Assembly: GCA_028534125.1 (NCBI GenBank)
Contig: CM052817.1
Span: 82,338,001-82,402,000, forward strand
DNA length: 64,000 nucleotides
Reading direction: 5' to 3'
From: Lama glama
Lineage: Eukaryota
Shown piece after piece: positions 13,115-25,485 of this stretch (its first letter is position 1; every line of letters starts with the position of its first letter). A program made the position numbers and the translations under genes. Under the pieces are notes generated by a model that saw only the letters and a list, made by a program, of their open reading frames with translations, was not told the origin of the DNA and did not search any database.

Positions 13115-13371
13115 ATTGCTCCAAATGGCCATAAAAAATAGAAAAGAAGGAGTCTAAAGTAGTACTAATATTTCAAGGCTGAGGAAAAAACATAATCTGT
13201 TGAGGACATAGAAATTTTTATTGAGAAAAGAGCATTTGGCTGGAACTTAAATAATAGGTAAGATTTAGACAAGAATTCAAGTCTCAGTTGAGGAAAGGCA
13301 TAGAGTAGAACTTTAGGGTACACATTCAGGAAGTTTTGTCACTGTGTAAGCAATGAATGGAGGAGAAAATA

Positions 13372-13515
13372 TAATAACAGCTAGCATTTATTAAATACAT
13401 TCTATGTCTAAGACATCTTGTAAAACATTCCACATGAAATATCTCAACCTCTTGTTTAGAATCGTATGATGTAGTAACTATCATTTAATTAAGGGAATTG
13501 GATTAAACTACCAAA
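13372..13515 (-). mobile_element. MIR fragment
   Basis: aataacagctagcatttattaaatacattctatgtctaagacat is the MIR 3' end in reverse. Confidence 0.6.
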
Positions 13516-13559
13516 AAAAAAATTTACTAAATCACTGAAGCAGATTCTGCCAATGCCTC

Positions 13560-13943
13560 ACCTGTATCATCTTGGCCTGTTCAGAGGTAACCTACAATCA
13601 CCATAGTCCCAGAAATTGTGCTGCATCTCTCTGCATGAGGGTGTTCTTTGGCTATAAGATGTTGTTTGGCTCACTGTGGAGCAGTGCTCAACTGACTAGG
13701 GACAAGTGCTGGCACACTTCTGAGGCACGTTTCATGCAATCTCCCAAGAGAGCTCTAGTGATTAAGCCCCAGTTACCTATTAAGTATAATCCCTCCATTA
13801 ACAGACCCTTTATGACTTTCTCCCCTCCTGTGTCCCATTTTGCTTTCTCCCTAGCAGTTAGTTCTTCCTGTGTTACCTTCCAAATGAACTACTTTGGATT
13901 CTGACTTAAGATTCTTTTTTTTGGAGTAACCCAACATAAGCCA
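13560..13943 (+). mobile_element. LTR16/LTR33-like ERVL LTR (5' boundary uncertain)
   Basis: Ends ..ccttccaaatgaactactt..ttggagtaacccaacataagcca, resembling the LTR16-type end (gggaacccaaactaagaca), and is followed directly by ERVL internal sequence. Confidence 0.65.
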
Positions 13944-15925
13944 TTAGGCATCTACAGTGCACCTAGAGATCATATCCTCAGAATAGAATTCTGAAATCAG
14001 ACTGTTTGTCAGTGGAATGGCTAGGAGGATCATCATATAGATGGTAAGTGGGAAACTTATGTTATCCTGCACTATCACAGTAATATTTAGATTATTACCT
14101 ATGGTGGATTGGAAGGATACACATATAGAAATAGAAGTGCAAGCACAAGCTCTTGAAAACTATTGTTTTCAAGAGGGGATGTGATTATAGGGATTGTAGA
14201 GTTGGTCTGCTTTTGTTGAGTGCTGTAGAAACTATTAAGAAAAAGCAGGACACTCAGATCAGCTAACTTCACCTCAGATACTTTGTGAAAGCTAGAAAGT
14301 CTTCGTGGAAACATTTTAAGAGACTATAGTCTCATTTATTGAGGAGGGCAGACTATGCAAAAACTCAGGAGTAAGACTGATCCTAAGGGTGGATGATTTT
14401 CAGTGGAAAATTAATTCACAGCCTCAGCAAACTCTTAAGTTAAGGTCAGGGATTGTGCAGGGATAGAGAGACCCTGAGAGCAGGGAAGGTGGCATTTGAA
14501 TGAATGTACTTAAAAAAGCTAGATTCCCCAGATCTCTCATGGTCCTTGCTAGTGGGGACCAGCTTCCCATTCTCTGGAGATTATACAAAAGATTCATCTG
14601 AGGCAGATCCACCACAAGATGACGTTTGTGCCTCTTCACCCCCCACCACTTCTAGAATAATAACTAGAGTTAGATCTCAGCATGAGCTGATAAATGAAGT
14701 GCTATTTCTGTTTTGGAGAAGAAGTGATTATTTACCAAAAGGATTGCAGAACCCAGTTAAGATATACTAAAACAAGAACTGGGAGAGCACACATAGAAGT
14801 GAAATGTTAAAAGACTGTTGGATCAGATCAGGGACAGAGTTAAGGTCAGATAGGGGAATGTTTATTGACATGGTGGCATTCTCCCGTGAATTTAACATCC
14901 TGGTAAGGATGCCTGGATTTAGTCCAAATACACCCAGCAATGCCTTCTGAAACTCTATAGATGGTGTAAGGTTAACAAGATAGCAGCGTTGCAAATCTTT
15001 GGTAAAATATTGAGGAAAGATGGGCATACTAGAATGGGCTCATTATGTAAGGTTAGATAACCAGCAGCTGTTATGCTTCCCAAGAGAACACAGACTCTCC
15101 CTTCCCTAAAATGTTGAAAAACGGGACACTGACATCATCAAGAAACTCAATGGTAGCTGTCCACTGTAGGCCAAATTATAGGTAGAAGAAAGACTAATTA
15201 ATCTGGGCTACCTAGTATCAATAGAGATACTATAATTTTTAAAATCAGAAGCGACATGGCAGCATTTAAGCATCAGAGGCAAGGTTTCATAGTTACCATA
15301 ATGGACAGCAAGGGAAGAATGGTTCTTAAGGAACCTTGATCTTCCAGGATCTCTGGTAATGACTAGTAGATCATTCATAAAGCTAAATGTAACAGCCAAT
15401 GATGTTACTGCTTGTTACATAACAAACAATGATTGTGATGTGGCAAGCGGAAGAGTGATATCAGCCATAGTAATGAAAAATTACTCTCTCACTCACTTTC
15501 CAGACCTGAACCAATTTTCCAATCCAGAAGGTATTGATTGAAAGGGAGATGAGGATGACTTGAGAAAGACTTTGCAGGAGTAATGGGAAATGCATATTTT
15601 CAAAATCCTTTCACCAAAGGGCTTTTGGCATTTACCTGAGTAACTGGGGCAAAAGGCAAACACATATTTCAAGGACTCTTGGACACATAATCTGAACTGA
15701 CACTAGTGCCAGGGGAGTCAAAACACCATCACGTGTCTTTGTTAGAACCGAAGTATTCAGTGGTCAGATGACAAATAGATTCCTGAGCCATGTCCGTGTT
15801 GAAGTCAATTCAATGAGTCTACCAGACCCACAGTCCGCACTGTGATTAAGTTCCAATTCCTGAGTGTGTAGTTAAGATGGATATACTTAACTATAGATAG
15901 AATTTGCCAGTTGTTTCTAGGATAT
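13944..15925 (+). mobile_element. Degenerate ERVL-class internal region (ERV3-16A3-like), gag to protease
   Basis: Leader cctcagaatagaattctg..atggtaagtggg. At 15661 the frame reads HIFQGLLDT*SELTLVPGESKHH, the ERVL aspartic protease LLDTGSELTL motif with a stop at the Gly. Many stops and frameshifts. Confidence 0.8.
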
Positions 15926-15929
15926 GTAA

Positions 15930-16121
15930 GAGCCACGTGAGGGTAAAACAAAATGTCAGCTGTCTGCAACCTGGGTAAGGGTTCTCATCAGAACCCAGTC
16001 ATATTGGTACCTCTATTTCATATTTCTAGTCTCCAGAAGTGTAAGAAATAAATTTCTGTTGTTTGTGTGCTACACAGTCTGTGGTACTTAGTTATAGTAG
16101 TAGCCCAAAATGATGAAGACA
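15930..16121 (+). mobile_element. MLT1A/MST-like MaLR LTR 3' part
   Basis: ctcatcagaaccc..tctagtctccagaagtgtaagaaataaatttctgttgttt..agtctgtggtac..gttatag..agccc..aagaca. Confidence 0.85.
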
Positions 16122-16229
16122 TCAAACTATCCAGAACTGTCTGCAGACCTGAACCTTATGTCCTATTTCTCACTCTTCATTTATGAGACTCTGTATAAGC
16201 TCTGCTCCACATCACCTAGATCCTTGCTA

Positions 16230-16410
16230 TGCAGAGGATGCTGCATGGACCTGCACCATTGCTATCATCTGGCAGTTTGTTAGAAATGCAGAGTCTCAGC
16301 CCCTGTCTTAGGCCAACTGAATCAGAACCCACATTTTAATCCAAATGAATCAGAACCCACATTTTAATAAGATTCTGTTGATGTTTGCACACTGTTTGGA
16401 AAGCACTGAC
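16230..16410. mobile_element. MER5-family hAT MITE with an internal 28-bp tandem duplication
   Basis: catctggcagtttgttagaaatgcagagtctcagccc..actgaatcagaac..cattttaataagat..tttggaaagcactg. Confidence 0.8.
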
Positions 16411-17019
16411 CTAATTTTTCAGTTCAGTAATGAGCAATATGCCAATAATCAGCAGAAGCAGATACTTCTGGGCACGGAGTCAGTGGATACATAGAAGAAT
16501 GCTTTCAATAAGTGTGTGAACCTGGGGCATGCTACCATGGGGCATTTATTTACCAACTTCTAGTCTAGCAAATTTCTATTCAGGTGCTGCTAGAAAATTT
16601 TTGCCCTGTTGTAGTCAACTAAACAATGACCAATTCCAAGGTTTTTATTTTCCATAACTAAAATCAGATGAAAAGGCTCTCTCCTTGAGTGTATTAATGA
16701 ATGGTTTTAGACCTCTCTTGGATTTCATTAAGAGTGTGTCATTTAGGACAATGACTTTCCAGAAGTCTTCACCACATCAGTTACCCTAGAATTAAGACCT
16801 CTAGAGAATGGTTATGGGTTGGCTATACCTTTTGCTGACATATTTTTTATATTTTCTGATTAATGTTAATTAACATCTATACTCAAGTAAGATCTCTTTA
16901 GAGAGCTTTTTATTTGTTGTTCTATGTAAAGTAGAATGCATCTGTTGTGTTCTTAGTTTTTAAAAATTTCATTATAGCAGATAATATTTCTGAACATCAC
17001 TTCCATATATTTTTAAAAT

Positions 17020-17146
17020 TTATGTCTCTTCAACCAGATTGTAGGCTACATGGGGACAAGAAGTTGGTTTAATTCACCACCATATTCTAGCATCGAAAGT
17101 AATGTGTGATGCACTATTTGCACTTAATATATATGAATTGAATTAA
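17020..17146 (+). mobile_element. L2 LINE 3' end
   Basis: ccagattgtaggctacatggggacaag..ttcaccaccatattctagca..gcacttaatatatatgaattgaattaa. Confidence 0.7.
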
Positions 17147-20109
17147 GAATCAATGCCATTCAGTAGCCTCCACAACTTACAAATAAGGAACCAAGAGGTT
17201 AGTAGCCTCCTCATGCCTAAATAGTCCCCAGACTAATGCCATTTTAAATCAAGATAATTCTCAACCCAGGAATTTTATAAAGCTGAATCTAAGCCTAAGC
17301 GAATCTTCTGAAGCAGTCTCAAGTAGGTGCAATTGTTAGAATGGTAAACCTATGTTATGGTACAGTTCTTCAGATATTTGCTATGGTTCGCTTCATCTAC
17401 ACTCACTGAATTTCTTTACTCGAGTCTCAATAGCTTTCCATTCTCCCATATCCTTAGAGGAAAATATGCCAGTAAAAATCTTTAAAAATGACTGAAAATG
17501 TTTAACTATTAGTTGTTACACTTACTACTCTAAGTGAAAGAAAAAAAGTTGATACATGACTATGAAGTATTTACATCCCACCCCAGACTCAAAAAAAAAA
17601 AAAGTTTAGGAAAGGCAAAGAGAAAAGAGTTAGAGATCAGTGGACAAGAGAAATGCAAGATCAGTAGATAGCATGTTAGCTGATGTGGATTGTTGTTCAC
17701 TTGGACAGTAAGGAGGACAACTGGGTGCAGATGTAGATTCCATGTGACTCCCAGGTGATGATATTATTTAAAGAATGATGCCATGTATTTTTTTTCTGTC
17801 AATTTTCCCAAAGCATAGCTGCACATTCATGAATGTATTTTCTATTACTTTATCATTTCAAGTTCTGGACCTGTTTGTGCCTGCTTTTCTCAAGTTTATC
17901 ATCATTTGAGCTGAGTTTGCAAATGGTCTACTATTTCTTTGTATGGATTCTTATTTATATGCTTTCAAAACTGATTAATTAACGTCTGCATAGCTGTCTT
18001 CATATTTGTTTCAGCTTGTGATGTTAAAAGGTTCCCAGTAGATTAGACTAATCATAACAAACATCTGTTTACAAGCTGCTTTGCTGTAAACTCAAATGCA
18101 GATGTATAAAACCAACTGTTGGACAGTTAGAAGTCTCAGTACTTTCTATAGTCCATTTCTTTTCCACCTTAAGATCGTAATAATTACTACACCAACTTGA
18201 AATTATTTTGACATCTCTTTGAAGCTCCAGAAACTAAAGAAAAATCCATGTAATTGTTTGAGGAGTTATTTCCCTATATTGACTATAATAGCTGGAATAA
18301 ATACTACTGTGTCAAAGATAATTTAATTTATCATCTAATATGCTTTTAACTCACTATTTTGTCCCTAAAATATTTGAACAATTTCACTTCTATTAAATAT
18401 TAGTAGGTTTTTTTCATCTGTGTCATATTTATCCAAAATATTCTTTAAAAATTCAGATGATTACTAAGAATTATTTCTGTATGTTTAGAAATTGCATCCA
18501 GGCACTGGATTAAGTATATTCCATTGGCATCATGACATTTGATAAATAAGATGAGTAATGAGAAGTAATAGGTTGTACAGATCTAGGGCTAGGTACCCTG
18601 CTTACACATCAAACATGTTATAAACGATTAGGAAAAGTATGTGTGCCCAAAATTAACTTGTAATCATCACTGAAGAGAGGGCACAGGGACTCAGAAAATA
18701 TGGGGACTATTCAGAGTTCTGCAATCACAAAAGGTAACCTAAGTCTCTGTAATGAGGGGGCATATTCACTGCTACACGATGCCAAAGGATGATTATGATA
18801 AAATCCAGTAAACTTCAATACTTACTTTAGTGAGGTTACCTGCAGCTTTTACCACAAACACTCCAACATATATTTATTTAAATATCTCTATTCAAGTTTC
18901 AAATAAAATCTCCATTTTGGCAGGTTTAAATCTTAAGTTGTGTCCACATAAAGTATTTTACAATATACAATTTGTTTGAAATTTGTGGTTAACATTCAGT
19001 TTAAAATTATGGTAGATATATTAATAAGTAGTTAATAATTTATAGCTAGCTCTGGTTAATAACTTACTCCCTCAAAATCCATTACTATTGTTTTTTTAAC
19101 TTATCATAAAATATAAATATCACTTTGTGTTTGCAACATTTGGAAAAGATTTAGACCATTTTTCTTTAAATGTACTAAAATACCCTTTAGTATGTGAAGT
19201 GTTCTTGTGAACAATAATATAAGCAAAGAATTCAACTGTACTTTTTATATTATACAGACTACCAAAAATACATAATGACATGAAATGAGGAACAGTATGC
19301 GTTTAATTAAAACCATTAGCCAATAAAAGAAAAGAGGCATTTGAATCTAGTGTGATGTCTATAACTTGAATATTCTAATAGATTTTCAATAAAAATTTAA
19401 CAAATTGTTGCTTCTAAATTTTCTGAAATTATCTTTAAAGAGAAGCATCTGTACGCATATATAAACAACTCTACAAATAATATAATCTCTAGGTTTTAAA
19501 GCTTAAGTTAGTAGATTAGTGTTGCCAAACCCATGGAAAATTACATGTTTATTTCACCTCTGTTTGAAAGATTGAACTGAATATACAAAAACTCTTTGTT
19601 TTTAGTTATGCAGGAGATACCTACTTCTGATACTGAGTCTTAAAGTGAATGCAAAAAGTCTAATGTGCTATTTTTACCTCCAGGACTTACGTAATTCAAG
19701 CATTTAAAATGAAGCAATGCTGTAGTAAATGTCAAAGTAAGTCTACTCAAAACTCCCCCTAAAAGAACAATTTGCCGAAGGAGCTTCTGTTGTAAATACT
19801 CAGTAGTGGCAGGAAATAGAAAGGAAAAGGAGATAATTTTCTTCTTGAGGAAATATTTGACTCCATCATAAAGTCTCTACAACTTTCTGTACATTTTCTT
19901 TTCCAAATGTGTTTTCTCTTTTGGCCAGCATTACTGATGTCTTGTTAAAAATTCTAATGATTTCACACTGAAATGTTGAAAGTAGAGGAAATTGTATGAA
20001 AAAGAGTAATGAGGGTTTTTATTATGTTATTTATGAATCACAAATATGTTTTAAAATGTTAGTTAAGAAGGATAAGAAATTATTTAGATTCCTTGTTCCC
20101 AGTTAAGTC

Positions 20110-21600
20110 AGTAATCCCTTCTCAAACATTTCTGAGGATTGGCCATCCAGGTATTTCATGTCTCCAATGGTTTACAGTGTAAGCATTTTCACTCTTGAAG
20201 GATGCTGGTCCATCTTCTTAAAGCCATTCAGTCAATTCTTAAACAGTTGTCCTGGTTAGGAAATCAGCTTTTCTGAAATAGTCTGCCTCTGCTCTAATGT
20301 AACCTTATGAGCATCAGAAAGTGTGACCAGCATCGGAAAATCTTCGTGACAGCCTTTGAAAGTATCTGAAAACTGTCATCATTCTCCTTCTAATTATTCC
20401 CATTCCAAGTAAAATATAGCCAGTTTCTTCAGGCATATTTTTAATAGACTTTTTTTTAGAGCAGTTTTAGGTTCTCAGCAATATTAAGCAGAAGGTACAG
20501 AGATTTTCTGTATACCCATGCCCATACATTCTCCCCCAACTATCAACATCCCCCACCAAAGTGGTACATTTGTTACAACTGATGAACCTACACTGACACA
20601 TCATTATCACCCATAGTCTATATTTTACATGAGGATTCACATTGGTGTTGTGCATTCTATGGGTTGGGACAATTTTGTAATGACATATATTCACAATTAT
20701 AGATTATATGGATCAGTTTTACTGTCCCTTCTGTTTTTTATATCCATGTATTAACTTTGCTCCCTAACCCTAACAACCACTGGTTCTTTTATTTGTCTCC
20801 ATTGTTTTGCCTTTTCCAAAATGTCATATACTTGGAATCATACAGTACTTAGCATTTTCAGATTGATTTCTTTAACTTAGTAATATTCATTTGTTTTCTC
20901 CATGTCTTTTCATAGCTTGATAGATCGTTCATTTTGAGTGCTGAATAATGTTCCATTGTCTGTGGATATACCACAGTTTATTTATCCATTCACCTACTGA
21001 AGGGCATCTTGCTTGCTTCCAAGTTTGGACAATTATGGTTAAAGCTGCTATAAACATCCATGTGCAGGTTTTTGTGTGAACATAAGCTTTCAACTCTTTT
21101 GGGTAAATACCAAGGAGCACACTTGCTAGATCATATGGTAGGAGTGTGTTTAGTTTTGTAAGAAACCGTCAAAATTGCCTTCCAAAGTGACTGTATTATT
21201 TTGCATTCCTACCACCAAAGAATGAGAGTTCCTATGGTTCTACAACCTTGTCAGCATTTGCTGTTTTCAGTGTTCTGGATTTTGGCCATTGTAAAGGTGT
21301 ATAGTGATATTTCATTCTTGTTTTAATTTGCATTTCTTTAATGATATATGATGTGGAACATCTTTTCATATGCTTATTTGTCATCTGTATATCTTCTTTG
21401 GTGTGCTGCCTATTTGGTCTTTGGCCCATTTTTAAAATCTGGTTGGTTGTTTTCTTATTGTTGCATTATGAGTTGTTTGTCTTCAGCTGTTTTTCATGTA
21501 TAAAAGTTTCCAGCTCCTTTGAAACTCTGTCTGCTCTGTCATACTCAGTCCAGTTTGTCAGTGTGATGATCAAAAATTAAAATATTTTCTGTTGACAGAA
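20110..21600 (-). mobile_element. CR1/L3 LINE fragment split by an L1 (about 20110-20435 and 21475-21600)
   Basis: cagcctttgaaagtatctgaaaactgtcatcattctcc..ccagtttcttcag resumes as ttcagctgtttttcatgt..gtttccag..tccagtttgtcagtgt, the typical L3 antisense pattern. Confidence 0.6.
20441..21474 (-). mobile_element. L1MC1/L1MC2-like LINE-1 3' end
   Basis: Minus-strand ORF2 C-terminal peptides ([54 protein letters not shown]) plus the 3'UTR (ttagagcagttttaggtt..gatgaacctacactgacacatcattatcaccc). Confidence 0.92.
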
Positions 21601-22880
21601 TCTGACAAGGGGATTGTTTGAAGCATATTTTTATTTATATAAACACTATGGATTTATTGGAAAGCAATAGGGGAAAAAACTATCCTTGGAAGCTTCCACC
21701 AAAGTATGGCAATAGTTTTTCTTCTTTAAAGCCCATTATACTATTGATTTTTTTCTCTTTTACCCTTGTAGACCAGTGAAAACCTAACTCTTAAACATGA
21801 ATTCATATTACTCTACTTCTATTGTACTCTGTTTGAACATAAGAATAAAAATATATAACCATTCCTATTAAATGTCATCTTAATTTTCAGCATGCCTTGT
21901 AATATTTTAATGTAAAACAGCTGTAGTTATTATTGGTGATGTCAGCTTTTTTTAATCACTCCATAATTGATAAATATGAGTTTTTTGGTCTACCTTTCAT
22001 TTTTTGAAGAACATGAACTGATTATTATTTTTGAATGTAGGCTTTCTTAAACAATAGCTGCTTATAAAATTGCATATGCAGACTATTTTCACCACAGGTC
22101 ATATAAACAGAAACTGGCAAGGAAAGTAGTAGGTGAAATGAGATTTATGCTAAATGGATAAACTTTATGAAATATTTTAGTAGATGTGTATAAAATTTAT
22201 AAAATAGTTAGAAGGAGTAAAACAAGGACGGTTCACCCATGTCATTTGCTAAATGCTTACCAACTACTCACATGCAATTTTTTTTCCATAGATTATGAAA
22301 ACAATTATAGGTGGGAATCTAAGTAAGTAATAAGTAACCTGCACAATTTCATGAAATTGATCATGTTGGTGGTAAGCAGAAAAACTTTTGTATAAAGTTC
22401 CCAAGTCTTACCTGAACTATGCATAATCTCAAGTATATGAGCAATTGAATATTTATTTTCACTTCTCTTCAAGATATAGCAAGCAAAAAGAAATAAAAAA
22501 ATGAACTTTAAGAAGATATTTTCATGTGGATTTTCATATAAATGTTGTTCTTACACAAATAGTAGCTATATCTACAACTAACCAATTATGAAATGATAAT
22601 GATAATTCCTGGGTAATGAAATAAATTGTGATTTTTATCATTCCTGTTATATCACAAATATATTTTCATCTTTTTGTTCCAAAAAATTAGATTCTTTGTA
22701 GAGAAGGAATATTTTAAGCTGTTTCCCAAAATACTTCAAGTAAATATTTTGATCTGAATATTCCAGCTTTCCTTTCTTTTATTACTTGTTAATATTACTG
22801 ATGCAGAATTTTGGAAAATCAATAGTGGTAACTCAGTAGTTTATTTACAATGGCTTTGCCCATCGATTAAAACTAAATGG

Positions 22881-23180
22881 AACAAAGCATAAATACAAAA
22901 CAAAAATAGACTCATAGACATAGAATACAAACTTGTGGTTGCCAAGGGGGCGGAGGGTGGGAAGGGATAGACTGGGATTTCAAAATTGTAGAATAGATAA
23001 ACAAGATTATACTGTATGGCACAGGGAAATATATACAAGATCTTACGGTAGCCCACAGAGAAAAAAAGGTGACAATGACTATATATATATGTTCATGTAT
23101 AACTGAAAAATTGTGCTGTACATTGGAATTTGATACAGCATTGTAAAATGATTATAAATCAATAAAAAATGTTAAAAAAA
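22881..23180 (+). mobile_element. Young lineage-specific L1 3'UTR fragment with A tail and TSD
   Basis: aaatagactcatagacatagaatacaaacttgtggtt..aataaaaaatgttaaaaaaa, flanked by the direct repeat aactaaatgg at 22871-22880 and 23182-23191. Closely similar to 50371-50673. Confidence 0.9.
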
Positions 23181-25289
23181 TAACTAAATGGGAAAGGTAG
23201 TTAATTAGTATCTTGGTGATTCAATACAGCATCAAATAATAAATACAGATCTATTTTTGAAAGTAATAATAACTTTCATTCTTCATATCTCTACTTTAGA
23301 CTTAGATCTTATATTCTTATCCCTAAGAAAGAAAATTTGTTGTATTTTTCCCCCAGATGGGTAGAAATACAGTCTAACTTTTAGACTAATTTACCTTAGA
23401 TCTGCTATAAATAGAATGACTAATAGCTATGTCCACTAATCATTTCCAAATGTTTTACAAAATTGCATTTTTTAAATTTTATACACAATTATATTTTAAT
23501 GGTCCATAGCTACATGTGGGATGTATGTAAACCAATCATCAGCTAACAGTACATGCATAACAGACAGAAAAGAAATCAAACTAGTTGCTTCCCTAGCCTG
23601 GCCGACAGCAAGAATCTATAAACATTTAAATAGTAAAAAATATTCCATTGAGTATGGTGATATTGGTCACATAAGTAGGAAGTAGTTGTACCACATTCCT
23701 TTTAGATATATTGCCACTTTCAAGCTATATTAATCTCTATAACATAACAAGGAGGGAAAAGAACAAATCTTTATTCCTAGGAGTTACCATGCACCATGTT
23801 TCTTGGTTAAGTTGCTGGATGGATAAATCAAGATAAAATTATAATTTTTATAAATAAAAATCAAATACCAAATATTATTATGCACACAATATATGAATAC
23901 TAATAAAATCTGATATTTTAAAAACATTTTCTAAAGCAGTGATATACTTTAATACAAAAAATATCTGTATTTTGAATCATGAACCAACTTCATGCTATTA
24001 GAAATAAAAGTGTCCTCCAAACCAATGGAAACTGGCATTCTTGTCTGAGCAGAAACAGCCTGGAAAAAAAATTCTCATCTTATAATCATTTCAGTATATG
24101 CATGATGACATTTGAAAACATCTGGTTTTAATGATGTCCAGAGGACATTCCAGAATGGTGGGATCTAGATGTGCAGATATGTAAAAAAGAACTTCTTATT
24201 AATTTTAATAAATGGAATGCATAAAATAAATATATTTAGGCTATAAAGATGGGAATCATTTCAGGGGTAGGGGCCTTTGAAAAAATAGTCACAAAACTAA
24301 TTTAAATACCTGGATTATGTACTGTCTGATGAGCTTGCTTGACTTGCTGATCTGAAATCAAAGTCACAGTTGATTTTTATCCAAGATTCTTGACAGACTG
24401 AAATAAATGGCATCAATTCAAACCATTCTGGCTCAGCATAATTGAGTCTCAGTCTCCAGAACAATAGACTGTTAATCCACTATCACATGGGAGAAAAATT
24501 AAACTTGGCCTTGCTTCCAATGACGAAGGATTTTTATTTTTTAAGTCTTAATTTAGTAAGCTCAACATCTCAACCCCTTAGTAGTTTACATAAAATAAAA
24601 TTCATGGTTGGCATAATAGTTACCATATAGGACTAGTGAAGTTAATTTATAATTATTTTGCACTTGATTATAAACTATAAAGAATTATATCTGGATTTGG
24701 TTATGAATATTTATGTGTAGGTAAGCTAAGTTTTGAAAAGTTGTTTCAGAATGTACAACTGGTAGAAAGTTTTTACCCCTAAGAAACATGTGGAATTCAC
24801 TCAGGCTTTCACTTTAGGAAAGGAAATCTAAGGCTTGATTTTATGGGTATCAGATGAAGTCAGTGTACTCATAGTTGCTTTGCTTTTTAAGATTTTTTTA
24901 TCTGAGGGACACCACAGAGACCTAAGTATGGAACATGAGGAAGGGGGTCATTTTATTTTATTGCTTTATTATGGAATAATATTTTATTCTTTATATATAA
25001 AATATTTATTTATTGGGTAAGTGAACAAAAATTGGAGAATCCTTTCCTGAAAAATGGTACCAAAAAAAGTATGTACATTTGTTGCCTGTGTTAAGATAGT
25101 ACACATTATCACTTGAAAAGACTGGAAAAGTTTATTTTTAATCTGATGATTTTGTGTTTGGGGAATGGGGGTGGATGAACTGGTAGAAAGAGGGAGTTTT
25201 GAAGAATTAGCTGCCTAGGATATTGAATAATACAGTTTACTGAACAGCAGCTATAACAAAAAAAGTATTTGAGGGGAACGTACCAAAGA

Positions 25290-25485
25290 TTAGCTATTTA
25301 ATTGAGACAAATATACTACTTACTATGTGCCAGCTACTTCTTTTTGTGCTTTAAAAATATTAATTTCCCTGGTTTTCGTAACAACTCTGAGTTAGGTATC
25401 ATTATTATTTCTACTTAATGATGAAGAAAACGAAGCAAGATCAGCTAGGGAACTTAACCTAACAAACTTAGCAAATAAGTTTCAG
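25290..25485 (-). mobile_element. MIR SINE
   Basis: acttactatgtgccag..taacaactctgagttaggtatcattattatttctact..gatgaagaaaacgaagc. Confidence 0.7.

Noticed and set aside
14424..15541. Short ORFs in the ERVL region as a domesticated gag gene
   Set aside because: Fragmented frames on both strands and a stop within the protease motif.
18732..18841. Inverted repeat aggtaacct...aggttacct as a MITE or snoRNA stem
   Set aside because: Only 9 bp, no TSD, and no properly placed box C/D or H/ACA motifs.
24100..24180. ATGATGA box C-like motif suggesting a C/D snoRNA
   Set aside because: No terminal CTGA box D with a closing stem at a suitable distance.
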